Positions 27,152-38,990 of a DNA stretch of 64,000 nt are shown piece after piece (the first letter of the stretch is position 1; every line of letters begins with the position of its first letter). The notes below the pieces were generated by a model. The model was not told the DNA's origin. It did no database searches and saw only the letters and a list, made by a program, of their open reading frames with translations. The stretch comes from Microbotryum violaceum. Taxonomy: Eukaryota. The stretch covers positions 372,001-436,000 of the forward strand of contig CDLV01000010.1 of the NCBI GenBank assembly GCA_001244265.2, given 5' to 3'. Made by a program: the position numbers and the translations under genes.

Positions 27152-30100
27152 CTACAACTCGACGTGCTCGAGCACAGCACTCTTGACGACCGAAGCGACG
27201 CTCGCGACGGTCTCGGATACGCCTTCGGCGGTCGTCCTCGTGGCATCATGGACAACAGATGATGCCTGACTGGCGGCACTAGCGATGGAGTTCGTGATCT
27301 GTTCGACGATCGGAGTGGGGGGGGCCGGGGCCACGAACGCCGACACGGCACTCGCAGCCGAAGCGATACCTTCTGAGACAACCTGGGTCGCGTCCGAGGC
27401 TGCTGATGCCGCGTTCGAAGCCACACTGGCCACAGTCGACGTCGCCTCTGCAGCGACTGAAATGATCGTCTCGGTCGCTGCCGCGGCCAAACTCGAAGCG
27501 GATGAAGGAAGCTCGTTAACGACGGTATCCGAGACGACGGAAGCGATAGAAGTAGCAGAATTCTTGGCCTGTTTGGTGACATAAGTCGCGGTTTGCGAGA
27601 GGTCGGTAGGAGACGGATCGATGCCGACAGCGTGGAGCGCGGCTTGTGAGGCATCGCCGAAGTAGGACTTGACGGAAGCGGCTGCTCCATCAGCGGCAGA
27701 GACGGCGCGGTCAACGACATTCGTCGGGGCAGCTCGAGCTTGCTCAACGACACTAGTGGCCGAGGCCATAGGCACAGCCTCCGCAGGGGCGGCAAGGATG
27801 GAGCTCGCGGACTCTCGAGCCACCGCAGCCATGCTGGCGGCCGAAGCGGCAAGACCAGCTGCTTCCGAGTCGACACTGGCGTCTTGAGCGTTGTGTCCAG
27901 CGTCAAGAACCTTTTCCACGACAGTATCGGGAAGCGAGGTCATTGCCTTTTGCGTGCAAAGCTCAAGGGTGGCTTCGAGCGAATGGAATGCCGCCTCGAT
28001 CCTCCCTCGAACACCGTAAAGGAGCTCAAGCGAATGAGTCTCGCCGAGCTTGGCGTTCGCCACTTTACCACTCTGCAGTCCCTCGTAGTCGGCCTGCCAT
28101 TTCTTCTGCGCCGCGAGCAATCGGTGGTAGCGTTCCCAGTCTTGCGTCGTCGTTGATGGGAGGTCCGTCCATCGTTGTCTAACGTCGTTCTGCGCACGGG
28201 TAACTTTTTCCTCGATCGCGCGCGACGCCTCACTGACGATCTTGTTCTCGTTCGTCTTGAGCGTTCGTGCCAGCTTCTCCGCTTCGGTCCTCACGCCGTC
28301 GGCAGCCTGCTTGGATTTGCCCAGAACGACGGTGCGGAACTGTTGGCCTTTGTCGAGCTTCTGCTCCTTCGTGCGTCCATCGTCGCGCGTCAGGAAATCC
28401 GTCAGCTGGTCCGCCAGTTTGGCCGAATCTCTTCGCAACTTCAGCAATGCGGGCTCGACCTTCTTGGTAATGTCCGAAGCGGTCTGGGATCGGAGGGCAG
28501 CAAGATGCGTGGCGACCTTTTCGAAATGGGCCTGGCCGAACTCAGCTACTTTTTGGTCGTACCGATCTTGCAGGGCTTCAACCTCGGCTCGTTCGGCAGC
28601 AGCGGTGTCTTGTACTTCGTCCACTGTGCCAATTTCTACGACGTCCTCGGCAGGAACATCTTCTACAATTTCCACAACTATGGGGACTTGGTCCAGCGGC
28701 TCGGTAACGAAATCTGCAGTCCTTGACGAGTCGTCAGTTATTCATTCCCCCCCCCCCCCCCCCCCCCCCGGTCACCGCAAGACGCCTATGAACTGACCAG
28801 CGAACGAATCCCCGTCCTCACCCTCACCTTCATCATCTTCAGCTTCGGCCTCGGCCTTGGCGCGAGCCTCTTCCTCGGCAGTCATCTTCTTGAACTTGTA
28901 CAGGTGCACGCGCTCCGAGATCTTATCGACCTGCGGTGTGATGTAGAGCTCGTAAAAGTGGTGCAAGGCGGGGACGATTCGCTTTCGCCAGAATTGAAGC
29001 GCATGACCACGTGCGACGACGACTTGGGGGTGCACGTGCGCAAAGTAGGTCTGGTGCGAGGTCTTGTAAGTGGACTGGGTCATCGGGACCACGGTGTTCC
29101 AAAAGTGGTGGTGGGCAAAGGGGACAGCAGGTGCGGCATATTTCATTGCTTGCTTAGACGAGGTACGGAGCACTCGATCGGCCGTGGCAACATGGTGTTC
29201 GGCATTGGACTTGTACCAATCCTGCCCGGCGCGTGAATACCACTCGACGCTCGGGGCGAGGGACCTCTGATACTGTTTATGAGCGCGAGCAGCGACGGGT
29301 CGCGCCGCCGCTTGCGTCGCATGAATTCCTTTGACGAGACCAGGGTAGACGTAAGAGTCGTACACCTCGCTTAATTTGTTGGTGACGGGCTCGATGTACA
29401 AGTCGACCTTGGCGTAGATCGGCTGTACCTTGGCGACGTAAGGCTCGGTTATTTTATGAAACTCGGCGAGGTAGGGCTCGGCGTGACGATAGGCATAGTC
29501 GAGGTGTGGGCGAGCATGGGGCTCAAGTGATTGCAGCTTCGCCGAGAAGACGTCAAGTTGACGGCATACGGCTCGTTCACGAGCTTTGTCGGTCGGGCAC
29601 ACGAGATAATACACGATGAGAACGTAGAAGACGGCGACTCGAAGCAGGAAGCCCGTAACGGTCAGGCCTGATTTTCGCGACTGAGCGATGCAGGGAAAGG
29701 CAAAGTCAGCACTGGACCAACAAGTTGGCCCTGAGTAGGCAGGAATCAGATTCGGACCTTTGTCCCGGCTGCTGTCGGTTGTGGTTGGCGCGCTTTCGCG
29801 ACTCGTTCACGTTCTCTTCTCTCCAGCTCGGCGTGCATCCGCTTGATCTGATATTATCGGCGTTCAAGGTGTCAGCGTTTCTGGTGAATTCGTTCTCCCT
29901 GCTCGCCCAACTACTTTCGACTGACTTCATCATCCTGCGTCGAGTCCAAGTCACGATTGAACAAACAAAGCCCGCATACACATGACGGGTGTTGAGAGAC
30001 CAAGAAAGCGAGATGCGCGGTCAGTTGTTGCTCCACAATCTGACAACACCTCAAAATTCCGACTCACAGCAAATATAATCTGACCATCGTACGTTTTCTG

Positions 30101-30247
30101 GGCCGCTACCGGTCGGGAAGGCGTCGACGACGACGATGACGAGTAGCCTCGAGGCGGCGCCGCAGCGGCGTTGGTCCGAGGAGCGCTGCCGGACCGATTG
30201 ACCATTCCCGTCTTGGGTGGTGGCGGAGGGGGTCGCTTGGGAGGCAT
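27152..30247 (-). CDS. Hypothetical single-pass membrane protein with long helical/coiled-coil region and Ala/Ser/Val-rich tail
   Basis: Exons join in frame: ...YDGQIIFA|DDE|IKRMHAELERRERER...TK|SRKSGLTVTGFLLRVAVFYVLIVYYLVCP (one TM segment), then the 280- and 507-aa ORFs. Confidence 0.75.
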
Positions 30248-30839
30248 CGATGCAAAGCGGTCGAGCTCGAGAGAGAATGTGTGCGACGCTGACCCGATTT
30301 ATCTCGTCCGGGACTGCGAGGTGGCACAATAAAGGAGAGACTCGCGCGCGTCCCAGCGGTGGCCGATCTGACTTTGTTTAGCCTTGGCAAGCCTTGGCCC
30401 GGGTGTAACTCTCCTTGCTTTTTCCCTCGCCATTCAGTCTTTATCGACTTTGTACCGAACAGTTTTCGATGATTTCCCTATATCGCTTATCGACTTTTAA
30501 ACCCCCTCTCTTTCTCTGTTCCCCTCCGTCTCCCCGTACAATTCAAGGCTTTCTACGGTCTTTCATTGTCGCCTGATACATAGAACAACCAGCCTCGAGC
30601 TCCCGGTGTGCTGCTTAAGGCAACCCATCAAAGGACTGAAGAGGTAATGGGGCAAATGTTGGGGAAGTGGGGAAGTTTTGGATTTAGATGTGCTTGCTTT
30701 TTCGTTTCATGTGCACGTTTAGGCCGCCTTTCATAGTAGGTCTTCAATTATCTATCTAATTGTCAGTACGTCAAGTTCAAATTGCTTATAGGACTGTTGG
30801 TAGTCAGGTAATAAATCATAAATTTGTCTCTTTTTCCTC

Positions 30840-32089
30840 TCACGCTTCGACTTCGTACGTCGGTACGGATTCGGCTGTCGTGGAGTTGCTGGCTTTGAGG
30901 CTCGAGGTCGGAGATGTCTGTTGCTTTTTCATGGCCAAGATGTGATCATTGATAAAGAATCTAATGCAGGTCCAAGGTATACGTGATTGGCGTTAGCGAG
31001 GGTGCCCCACTCAAACATCGAGCACTCTACGAAACTCGGTGACTCACCTCGACAGGATCTCGGGAGCGATTGCTTTGGCTCCAGTGATGATGCCCAGACA
31101 TTGTGATGCACCGCACAGGCAATGAAAAGGTTGATCCATGTCCCATTCGGTCGAAAAGTAGGCAAAGTTCATGATCTGCGTGGGCAAACCCCCGGCGAAC
31201 CGATTCAGCAATGATTCGATCGCCTCCGAGTCGCAATGATTTTTTGGATGACGTCACCCACCTCGCCCTGTGTAAGATCCTTCAACGCGACAACTTTCCA
31301 ATCCCCACTCTTGTTAAGGTCGAAAGCGACATTTGGGTCGCACGAGTGGTTGACGAAGAGCAAGTCCGAATTGAGCTCAATGTGGCGCAACGCGTCGAGG
31401 TCCTGACCCGGGATCGGCGGGTCCGGCAAGACCTGTACGGACGAGTAGGCTTTTGTTCCGGGCAAGGTGTTTTCGATCGCGCAAATAGTTTCGCCCTTGG
31501 TGAAGGCCTATTGAAGCATATTGTACGTTTTGAGGACCAGACGGGGCGCATTAGTGTTGCGCCATTCATCGAGTCGCGTTGATAGTAGCGGGCGGTTCGG
31601 TCATCAGATGCATCAGAGTCCGCAGAGACCGCATCGAATGTGGGGGTTGGGGGAATTTGCGAAAGTCAGAGAGGCGGTACAAGACAGAGCAAGAGGATGT
31701 CAGCGAAAAAGAAAAAAATATAGTACAGACTCGTACAGGGTGACTCTGCCCAAGTTTGGGACCGCGAATCGTATCACCGGATCCAACACCGCGGGAGAGA
31801 TGTCGGGTAAGATCGGCGTTGACGTTACCCGGTCACGGACCAAACGATCGCTTTTCCTGACCCGTTCTCCGGAGTCCGAAACTGTACTGCACTGCACGAG
31901 GACGGCCAATTTTGGCAACGCGTCCTTTTGAAAGACACATCAACTGACCCTGACGGTGCTCAAGGATGAAGAAAAATCGCCATGCTCGCCCGCAAAGTTG
32001 ACCTTGAATAAGCTAGGATGGGTCGGCTTGTAGTCGTGCTGCGTGGGCAGGTAAGGCGGGATCGAAACGGGCTTGCTCGTGAGCGTCAT
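30840..32089 (-). CDS. Small SET-domain protein with post-SET motif (putative lysine methyltransferase), 4 exons
   Basis: FVNHSCDPNV, VALKDLTQGE|IMNFAYFSTEWDMDQPFHCLCGASQCLG. Exon 1 (MTLTSKPV...STVR) joins in frame across intron 31508-31948. Confidence 0.88.
31721..31929. ncRNA. Candidate structured RNA inside the SET-gene intron (unidentified family)
   Basis: Several nested complementary pairs plus a terminal hairpin followed by TTTT (see findings). No known family motif recognised. Confidence 0.4.
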
Positions 32090-32516
32090 GGTGGCGTGGG
32101 CGTGGGTACAATGGAGCTAGCGTAAAGGTAGAAGTGCTGAAGAAGGGCGCTAACCAATTCGACAGAGGAAAGCAGACGTAGTGCAGTGGAGGGAGGCAAG
32201 AGGAACGCGTACAGAGCTGAGACGCGAACGGGGGGCAACAGCGAATTCCGAATTGCTCGGCAGACATATTTCGTCCACTGTATCCTCGTTCAGTACCAAT
32301 TGCAGCCCCCTGATTTATGTTTTTGAGTTCCAGACTGCGGTATGAGTTCACTTGTTAGACTCTGAGCTGAAGGTGGCTGTGCACTCCCTCCTCGAGTCCG
32401 CCTTCCAAAGGAAAACGAACCGGCTGGCTACCAAAGCCGGTCGCGCGCCTCGCTCCGTGGCAGCCCTCTCGCCTTCGCTGTCTCTGCACCGCCTCATCCT
32501 CACCCGCTGGCGTAAC

Positions 32517-33290
32517 ATGAGTGCCCGCCATCTCCGTAACAAGCCAGAGGACGAGGACGCAGCGCAACTCAAGTTCGGGCCTGGTAAGCGTTCTACAACC
32601 ACCCACGTCGCAGCGATGACACGCTTGCTTTCCGAATGCTGGTCGAGCTGACACCCCTCACTACCACTATATGACCTTCTACAGAGTTCTCTGGAGCGAC
32701 CCAAGAAGCATGTCTAATGACGAGCGAGGTCAAGTTCTTGCTTGAACAACACGACCAAGGGTCAAGCAACCCGTTCGTCTTCCAACCTTACTCTAGTTCC
32801 TGACCTGGCCATGTGGTACACGATGAGCAGCAACCCCCTGACCCATCCCATGTTTCGGACTCTATTAGTATTTACAAGAAGACGCTGCAATACGTTAATG
32901 ACTTCTCGAGGTTCAAGGAATACGATACGACCTCCCAAGTCCGGCTGTCAGTCAATTCTTTGGACAACGCGGTGCCAGTCACCCATCCTACACACAAGCA
33001 ATGGAACTGAACCCACTCTCGTCTATGATGTCCACAGAATCTACGGTGGTGTCGAAGGCCTCAACCCGTTCGAGATCGTACAGCTGGCGAACCTCGTCCC
33101 GTCGTCGTACGAGGAAGCCAAGGCGTTGATCCCGAGGTAAGTCTCATCGAAAGCACGACCCACCTCCTTCGAAGCAAGCACCAAGTACCAGCAATTACAC
33201 CGTCCTTTTTACAGTCTCTCGAGCAAGAACGAGGACGAGCTGGAAGCCGCGATCCGACAGGTTGTTCAGATTCGGAAATACCAGGGCTGA
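32517..33290 (+). CDS. RPB4: RNA polymerase II subunit Rpb4, 5 exons
   Basis: EDEDAAQLKFGPEF, CLMTSEVKFLLE, IYKKTLQYVNDFSRF and LNPFEIVQLANLVPSSYEEAKALIPSL. Confidence 0.93.
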
Positions 33291-33529
33291 ACGGCGCAGT
33301 TTCGATTCGCTAGTAGTCTCGATTGGGGCACAAGGATTGTCAGAACATGTTGTAACAATGACGAACTTCAAAACGAAAGTGGACGTTATGTCTAAGCGCG
33401 GTTCGCAGAGTCTAAAGCAGCGTTTTCTCACGGACAATTTGTTTTCAAATTTCTTTTTACAGATTCGATTTGAGACTATGCACACAAGAAGGCACATACA
33501 ATAATCATTCGGGGCAGCTTTTGAGTCGT

Positions 33530-34744
33530 TCAGTAGTCGTTCGAGGACTGGTTGTTGGTCGCGCCGTACGAACCCTGGTTGTTCGAAGAACCGTACGAAT
33601 CTTGGTTGTTGGAAGAGCCGAACGAATCCTGGTTGTTCGAAGAGCCGAACGAATCTTGATTCTTCGACGAGCCGTACGAGTCTTGGTTGTTGGAAGAGCC
33701 GTACGAGCTATCATCGTTGTTGCTGTTGTTGTTGGAACTGTAACCGCCCGCGTTGCCCGAGTCGAACGATGCCGATTCATTCGAGTTGTCGTTGTTGCTC
33801 TGGCCGTACGACGAACTTGAGTTCTGCTGACGACCACCGCTGGCACCGCCGTAGCCGCCGCCCAAGCTCGAATCGTCGTCGCCGTAACTGATCGACGTTG
33901 CACGTGATCAGCTGCAAACAACTTGGATCTGGATCTCGCACGTATACTGATGCATGCTTCTACGTACCCTGAAGCGGAGTTGTTGCCACCGCGGCCGCTG
34001 GCATTATTGCCGCTCGCACCGAATCCCGACGTCGAGTTGCTGTTGCCGTTGTCGTAGTTCGAAGAGGTGTTGTTCGACGATCTGAGAAGTGGGACCATCA
34101 CACACGCGTCAGGCATCAGTCATCAAAGTGTAGAGCGGGGCAAGCGAAATTGTGTCGCACCCATAGGAGTTGGACGAGTCTACGTTGTTGCTCTGCTGAC
34201 CGCCGCCATAACCGCCTGACGAGCTGTTGCCGCTGTTGCCGCTGTTGCCCGACAACGAGTTGTTCTCATCATCGCTGACGAGAGGAATTTACAAATTACG
34301 ATGAACCGGTCGAAAATCAAGTTAGTGACCGTGACACTGAACGCCTGAGACCCAAGACACCTGACAAACGCTCGATTGAGACAGGAGGTCGTCGTAGAGA
34401 GAGAAGCGCCAACAGCGATCGGCGCAGCACTCACCCGTACGAAGACTGCTGCTGGTTGCTGTACGAAGAGGAGTTGTTGTTGTTGCTACTGTTGTTGTCA
34501 TCACCGTAGTTGTTACTTTGGCCACCTTGGCGGTCGTTGTTGTGGTTGACCTTGGAGGAAACCTGGTCGAGAAGGTCCGAGGCCTGCAATGACGTGCGAG
34601 GGGATGACGAGGTGAAGCGTTAGCACCATAAACATGTGGGGCTCAATGTGGGCCCCGCGGGCTTCGCCGGTAGCGACCTCATGTCGACTTGACGACGCGG
34701 GTAAGGCGGCGTGTTCATGGACTGACCTTGTTGATGAAGCTCAT
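33530..34744 (-). CDS. Small Ser/Asn/Gly-rich hydrophilic repeat protein (hydrophilin-like), multi-exon
   Basis: MSFINK|ASDLLDQVSSKVNHNN... with canonical introns. Last exon carries tandem S(Y/F)GSSNNQD units. Confidence 0.7.
33548..33710 (-). repeat. Coding tandem repeat, ~27-nt unit x5-6 (SYGSSNNQD)
   Basis: Repeated ctggttgttcgaagagccgtacga-like units on the + strand. Confidence 0.85.
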
Positions 34745-35774
34745 GTTAATCAGGATTTGAAGAGGTGGGAAGAATGTATCAGAGGATGCTGCGCGTTGTG
34801 GCTGTGGGGAAAGAGAGGAAGAGGGGGCAAGAACGCGGGTGGGCGCGACACCTGACTGAGGTCATGCCAGCGGTGAGGGTTTTTAGCTCGTGTATGATTG
34901 AAGGCAAATGAAACGGCACAGGGACCCGGAAATCGAACTAACGCGTTGTTGAAGGGGGTGTCACCTTCCCATGACGCGACACTCGGGGATTTCCACTTCA
35001 AGCCCCGATGCGTCATCGGTGGTGGCACGTGCACATTTTGTCGGGGCTTTTCACTTTTACTGAACGCACAACCCTGACTGCTATCTCGTGCTGTACCTGT
35101 CTTGTTCACGATATATGCAAGAGGACTGTAGGCGACTCGCACGTACCGTCTGGCTCAGGTACGAGATCGCAATGAAGATTCCAGCGTGACCGTTGGCATT
35201 CGGGCGAATCCCCGATCGGCGAACTCCGGCGTAGTGTCGAGGTGGGGCTCCAGATGGTGGTAGCAGGCTGGCAGCTGGCAGCCCTCAATCGACTTCACCG
35301 TATCGAACCGCATCCAACCTGAATTGCCGGCTCGTCCAAGCCACGTGTCCATTCAATTTGAAACAGAACATCTTCAATTCTTCCTCGCAGCTAGTAGTCT
35401 ATCGCACGAGTTTTACAGGGGTCCAGACCCATTTTAAGAGCTCAGAAACGGCGTCACGGAGGTTCGGGAAGCCCCACCTCGACCTGAGTCACCCGACGCC
35501 GCCAGGAATAGCACCGCCACATTCGAGTCTAGAAAAGGAGAAGAATGGGGATGCTATACATAACTGCAACCGCGAGTTTTAGCAGGGCACTGAGCCGTGA
35601 TCTTGGTTCAAGAAGGGCTTGTGTTTCCACTGCTGGTGCCCGGTCCCGGAGCGGATCGCCGATTCCGGAGGTGGTCCGTGCGCGTTGCCGAGCCCTCTTG
35701 GGGGCGCTACCGTGCCTCAAGGCCTCACCCCTCGGCTCTCCTCACCCTCCTTACCTGATCAAACATCTCCAAAA

Positions 35775-36789
35775 ATGGTACAGCTATTGTACACTACTCC
35801 ACTCGAAACTCTGCTCGACGGTCTTGATCTCCCCCAAGAGCTGCGCGACCTCGTCACTTTGCGCATTGTCACGGTCGAGTCGTCCACTTCAGATGATGAC
35901 CGAAGCGAAGACCGTAGTAGGACCATCGCGCACGAGGTCCTTGTGAAGATCTCGAAATGGAGCAATAAAGATGAAGATCGTCCAAGTGAGTCTGAGCATG
36001 TGATCGCGTCGCTTGAGTGAAAGACTAGAAGCTGATCTGCAATCTCTCTCCTATTAGGTCCATGCTCCCTCGCATCGCTCTTGACGTTGACCGACGTGTA
36101 TGCTCCCCCACTCAAGCCCAGGGAAAAGGTCAGAATATTAGAGCACGCATGTGATACGCTGTGTGTGGCTGCTCAATCATAATCGGTCTCGATCGCCCTC
36201 ACACAGTCGCCGGAGCTCCTTGCGATCCTAGCCAAGATCCAGCTCGACCAAGATCGTGAATCGTACAAAGCCATGACGTCGACGGGCCCAACGTCCTACT
36301 ACCGTTCAACCTTACCCATGAAGGACCTCCACGACCCCGAGTACTCTGGACGGACCACGACCGAAGCCGAGGACTGGCAGCTCGTCCGGAAGCAAGTGTC
36401 TGCGATCGCGAATGTCGGAGCGAGCATGACTGCGGTTGGCACGGGGGTATGGTGGGTCGGAGGAGGGAGGACCTATGCTGCTGTGAGTCCCAAGCATGAT
36501 ACAAGACCTGCAGCAAGACCCACCGTCGCTTGCGCGTCTTGGGACGATTCTGGCTGACTTGGAATCAGAGCTGGGTACCTCACAGCGCCTCGTTCTCGCG
36601 CTCACCGGAGCGGTGTTGATCGGGTTGATCGAAACCTTCCTATACTATCGCTTCTTCACGCGAGAAAAAGGATCGATAGGCGTCGGATTGACCAAGACCA
36701 AGCGGTTGCGGTTCGAAAAGCTGGTCGTACCCGACGTATCGCCGTCCGTTCTCGGCGCACCGGAGAGCTCGGCGAAGGCAAGGGAGTAA
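35775..36789 (+). CDS. VMA12: ER V-ATPase assembly factor Vma12/TMEM199-like
   Basis: LLTLTDVYAPPLKPREK|SPELLAILAKIQLDQDRESYKAMT, then VRKQVSAIANV and two hydrophobic helices ending RLVLALTGAVLIGLIETFLY. Confidence 0.82.
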
Positions 36790-37191
36790 GTAGTTGGGCT
36801 GTATTGCAACACGGCACCTACCGTAGATCGGGCTACTCGTACATAGAGAATACGAAAAGAAGTGAGAATGCCCAAAATGTGTCTTCTGTGTATTTCGCGT
36901 TGAAGGCAGAGGTTTTTCCACTGCGGGCGGGTGATGCTCGACTCGGAGATTCCTCGAGCTTCCTCGAAGGCCCTAGGTGGAGCACCTCTTCTGAAGTCAA
37001 GCTCGCGCCGCTCGTCGACTTTTTGCCGCCACCTCGTCGTACGCTCGAAGAGACACTGTTGCACGCCCCCCTCCACACACACATCTCTGCCACGGCACTC
37101 ATCCGTGAAACACGGAGTTTATCCACTTGAAGCGCGCACCTGCTCAGCATTCGAACAACGTCATCTTTTCCCCCTCCACCGCTGGCCCGAA

Positions 37192-38559
37192 ATGGACGCC
37201 AGCCGAGGAGCGACCATCAACGGTCGACCGGTGCGTGAACCAGCCGAGGCAGCACGATGGATCGAGGGCGTCATCAAGGGTCAGATGGAAAAGGCTCTCT
37301 CTACCCAAGGTCAGTTGCATTGCACCCCTCTTGCTCTGGAAAGAGCTTCCGCCCTTGATCGTCGCTACCTCGCTTACATGCGATGCCAATGCCTCGGAGC
37401 GTGACGGACATGACTTGACTGACGTCCACTCAATCTCACCATCGATAGACAAGCAGCTCTTGATGCAAGCCAACGCCAAGTTGATCAGGCACGCCACCCT
37501 CGGCATGCACATCGGCGTCCTCGTCGGTCCAGCCTACATCTTTCGACAGCGCTTCACCGCGGGATGGCGAGCGGCTACCAAAGCCTCTGCTGGAGGTGCG
37601 AATGCGGCAACAACAACGACCCCACCACGACTGTTCTACCCGACCAAGGCTTCGGATCCGACGGGGCGCGGTGCGGCGAACGGGCCTCAAGCGGCCAAGA
37701 GTAAGATGACGTACATCGGTCGCGGCGTCGGACTTGGTCTGCTAGGCGGTTTCATCGGGTGAGTCTCGAAGTGTCAGAGTACTCGACAGCTCTAGCCGGT
37801 CCTGGGATTTTGTAGCTTACCAACCGTAAATCATGTCGGGGCCCAAAGGAGTCAGATTGGTGTCTTGACGGGAACGCGAGCGGCGCAGAATCTGATCAAA
37901 GACTCAGGCCAAGAACCGCACATCGCGGCCAAACTCAAGAAGGCGATGGACCAAGCCGCGCTCGAGATCAAGCAAGGGAGTACGGGACTCGAGACGGCGT
38001 CGAACCCTTTGTTGAAGCGCAGCAATCCGTTCGGAAGCGTGAGTAGTGAAGGATCGTCTGCGATCGATGGACCTCCTGGTGGTATGGTGGAGGTGGCCCA
38101 TGATGATGCAGCTGCGGATGATCGAGATGCCTTCTTGTCGCGTGAGTTCATAAAGATTTCCCCAAGCTGCTGTATATGCGCACTTATGCTTTTCGTCCTC
38201 ATGTCTGTCTCGCAGAGGATGGGAGCGTCGCGCCGAGCCGACGAGCACCGATGTCTCGATCTGCCGATCCCAATGGCGCGCCCTCACGATGGGAAGAACT
38301 ACGCAAGTCACGTGCAGCACCTCCTTCGTCATGGGACACGATCCGCGAATCTTCTTCTCGTAGGGACGTCCCTTCGGCCGCTCCTGCCGATGTGAGTTCA
38401 GGCGATGGGCAAAACCAGGGTCAGTTGCCGAGCTCGGAGAGCAGTGCGGCCGATCGCGAGGCGAGGAGGAGAAAGTTCGAAGAGCTGATGGAGCAGGAGA
38501 GGCGAGGGGTCGATAACCTCGGCTCGGACCAGTCGTTCGACGAAAGGAAATGGAAGTGA
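37192..38559 (+). CDS. Hypothetical protein with two Gly-rich hydrophobic segments and an SRWEELR/SSWDTIR tail
   Basis: ORF segments joined by canonical introns (~37309-37448, ~37759-37855, ~38142-38214). Function not recognised. Confidence 0.7.
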
Positions 38560-38990
38560 GAGTTGTTTTACTGTTGCGGTGACGAGACGAATGAACATGA
38601 ATATTTTGACATTGCGGGTGGGGGTCCGAGCGTCGCTTGAGAATGCAACGCTAGATAAAGGATGGTGCACATCGGCTTCGCACACCTCCTCGCTGTTTTC
38701 AAACGATCGCAACCTAGAGAACGTCTCAATGTCCGTGTACTCTCACGATGAATACAAAGTGTGACCTCCTGTTGGCGATACTTAGCCGAATCAGTGGTGC
38801 CCGGGTCGGTTCGCATGAGGCCGGGCGCCGCTCAGTTTCGCAGACACAGCTGTTTGGTCTATCGGTCTGACTCAGCCCGCACGTCATTTCCACCACACCT
38901 CTCTCGCTCCAAGCAGGTGTTTTGTTCGAGTCACCTTTTATCAACTCTCGAAAAACCGCTCACCCGAGCACCGGCCTGTTGTGCCAAATC

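Noticed and set aside
33548..33710. CRISPR-like repeat array
   Set aside because: Eukaryotic coding tandem repeat without unique spacers.
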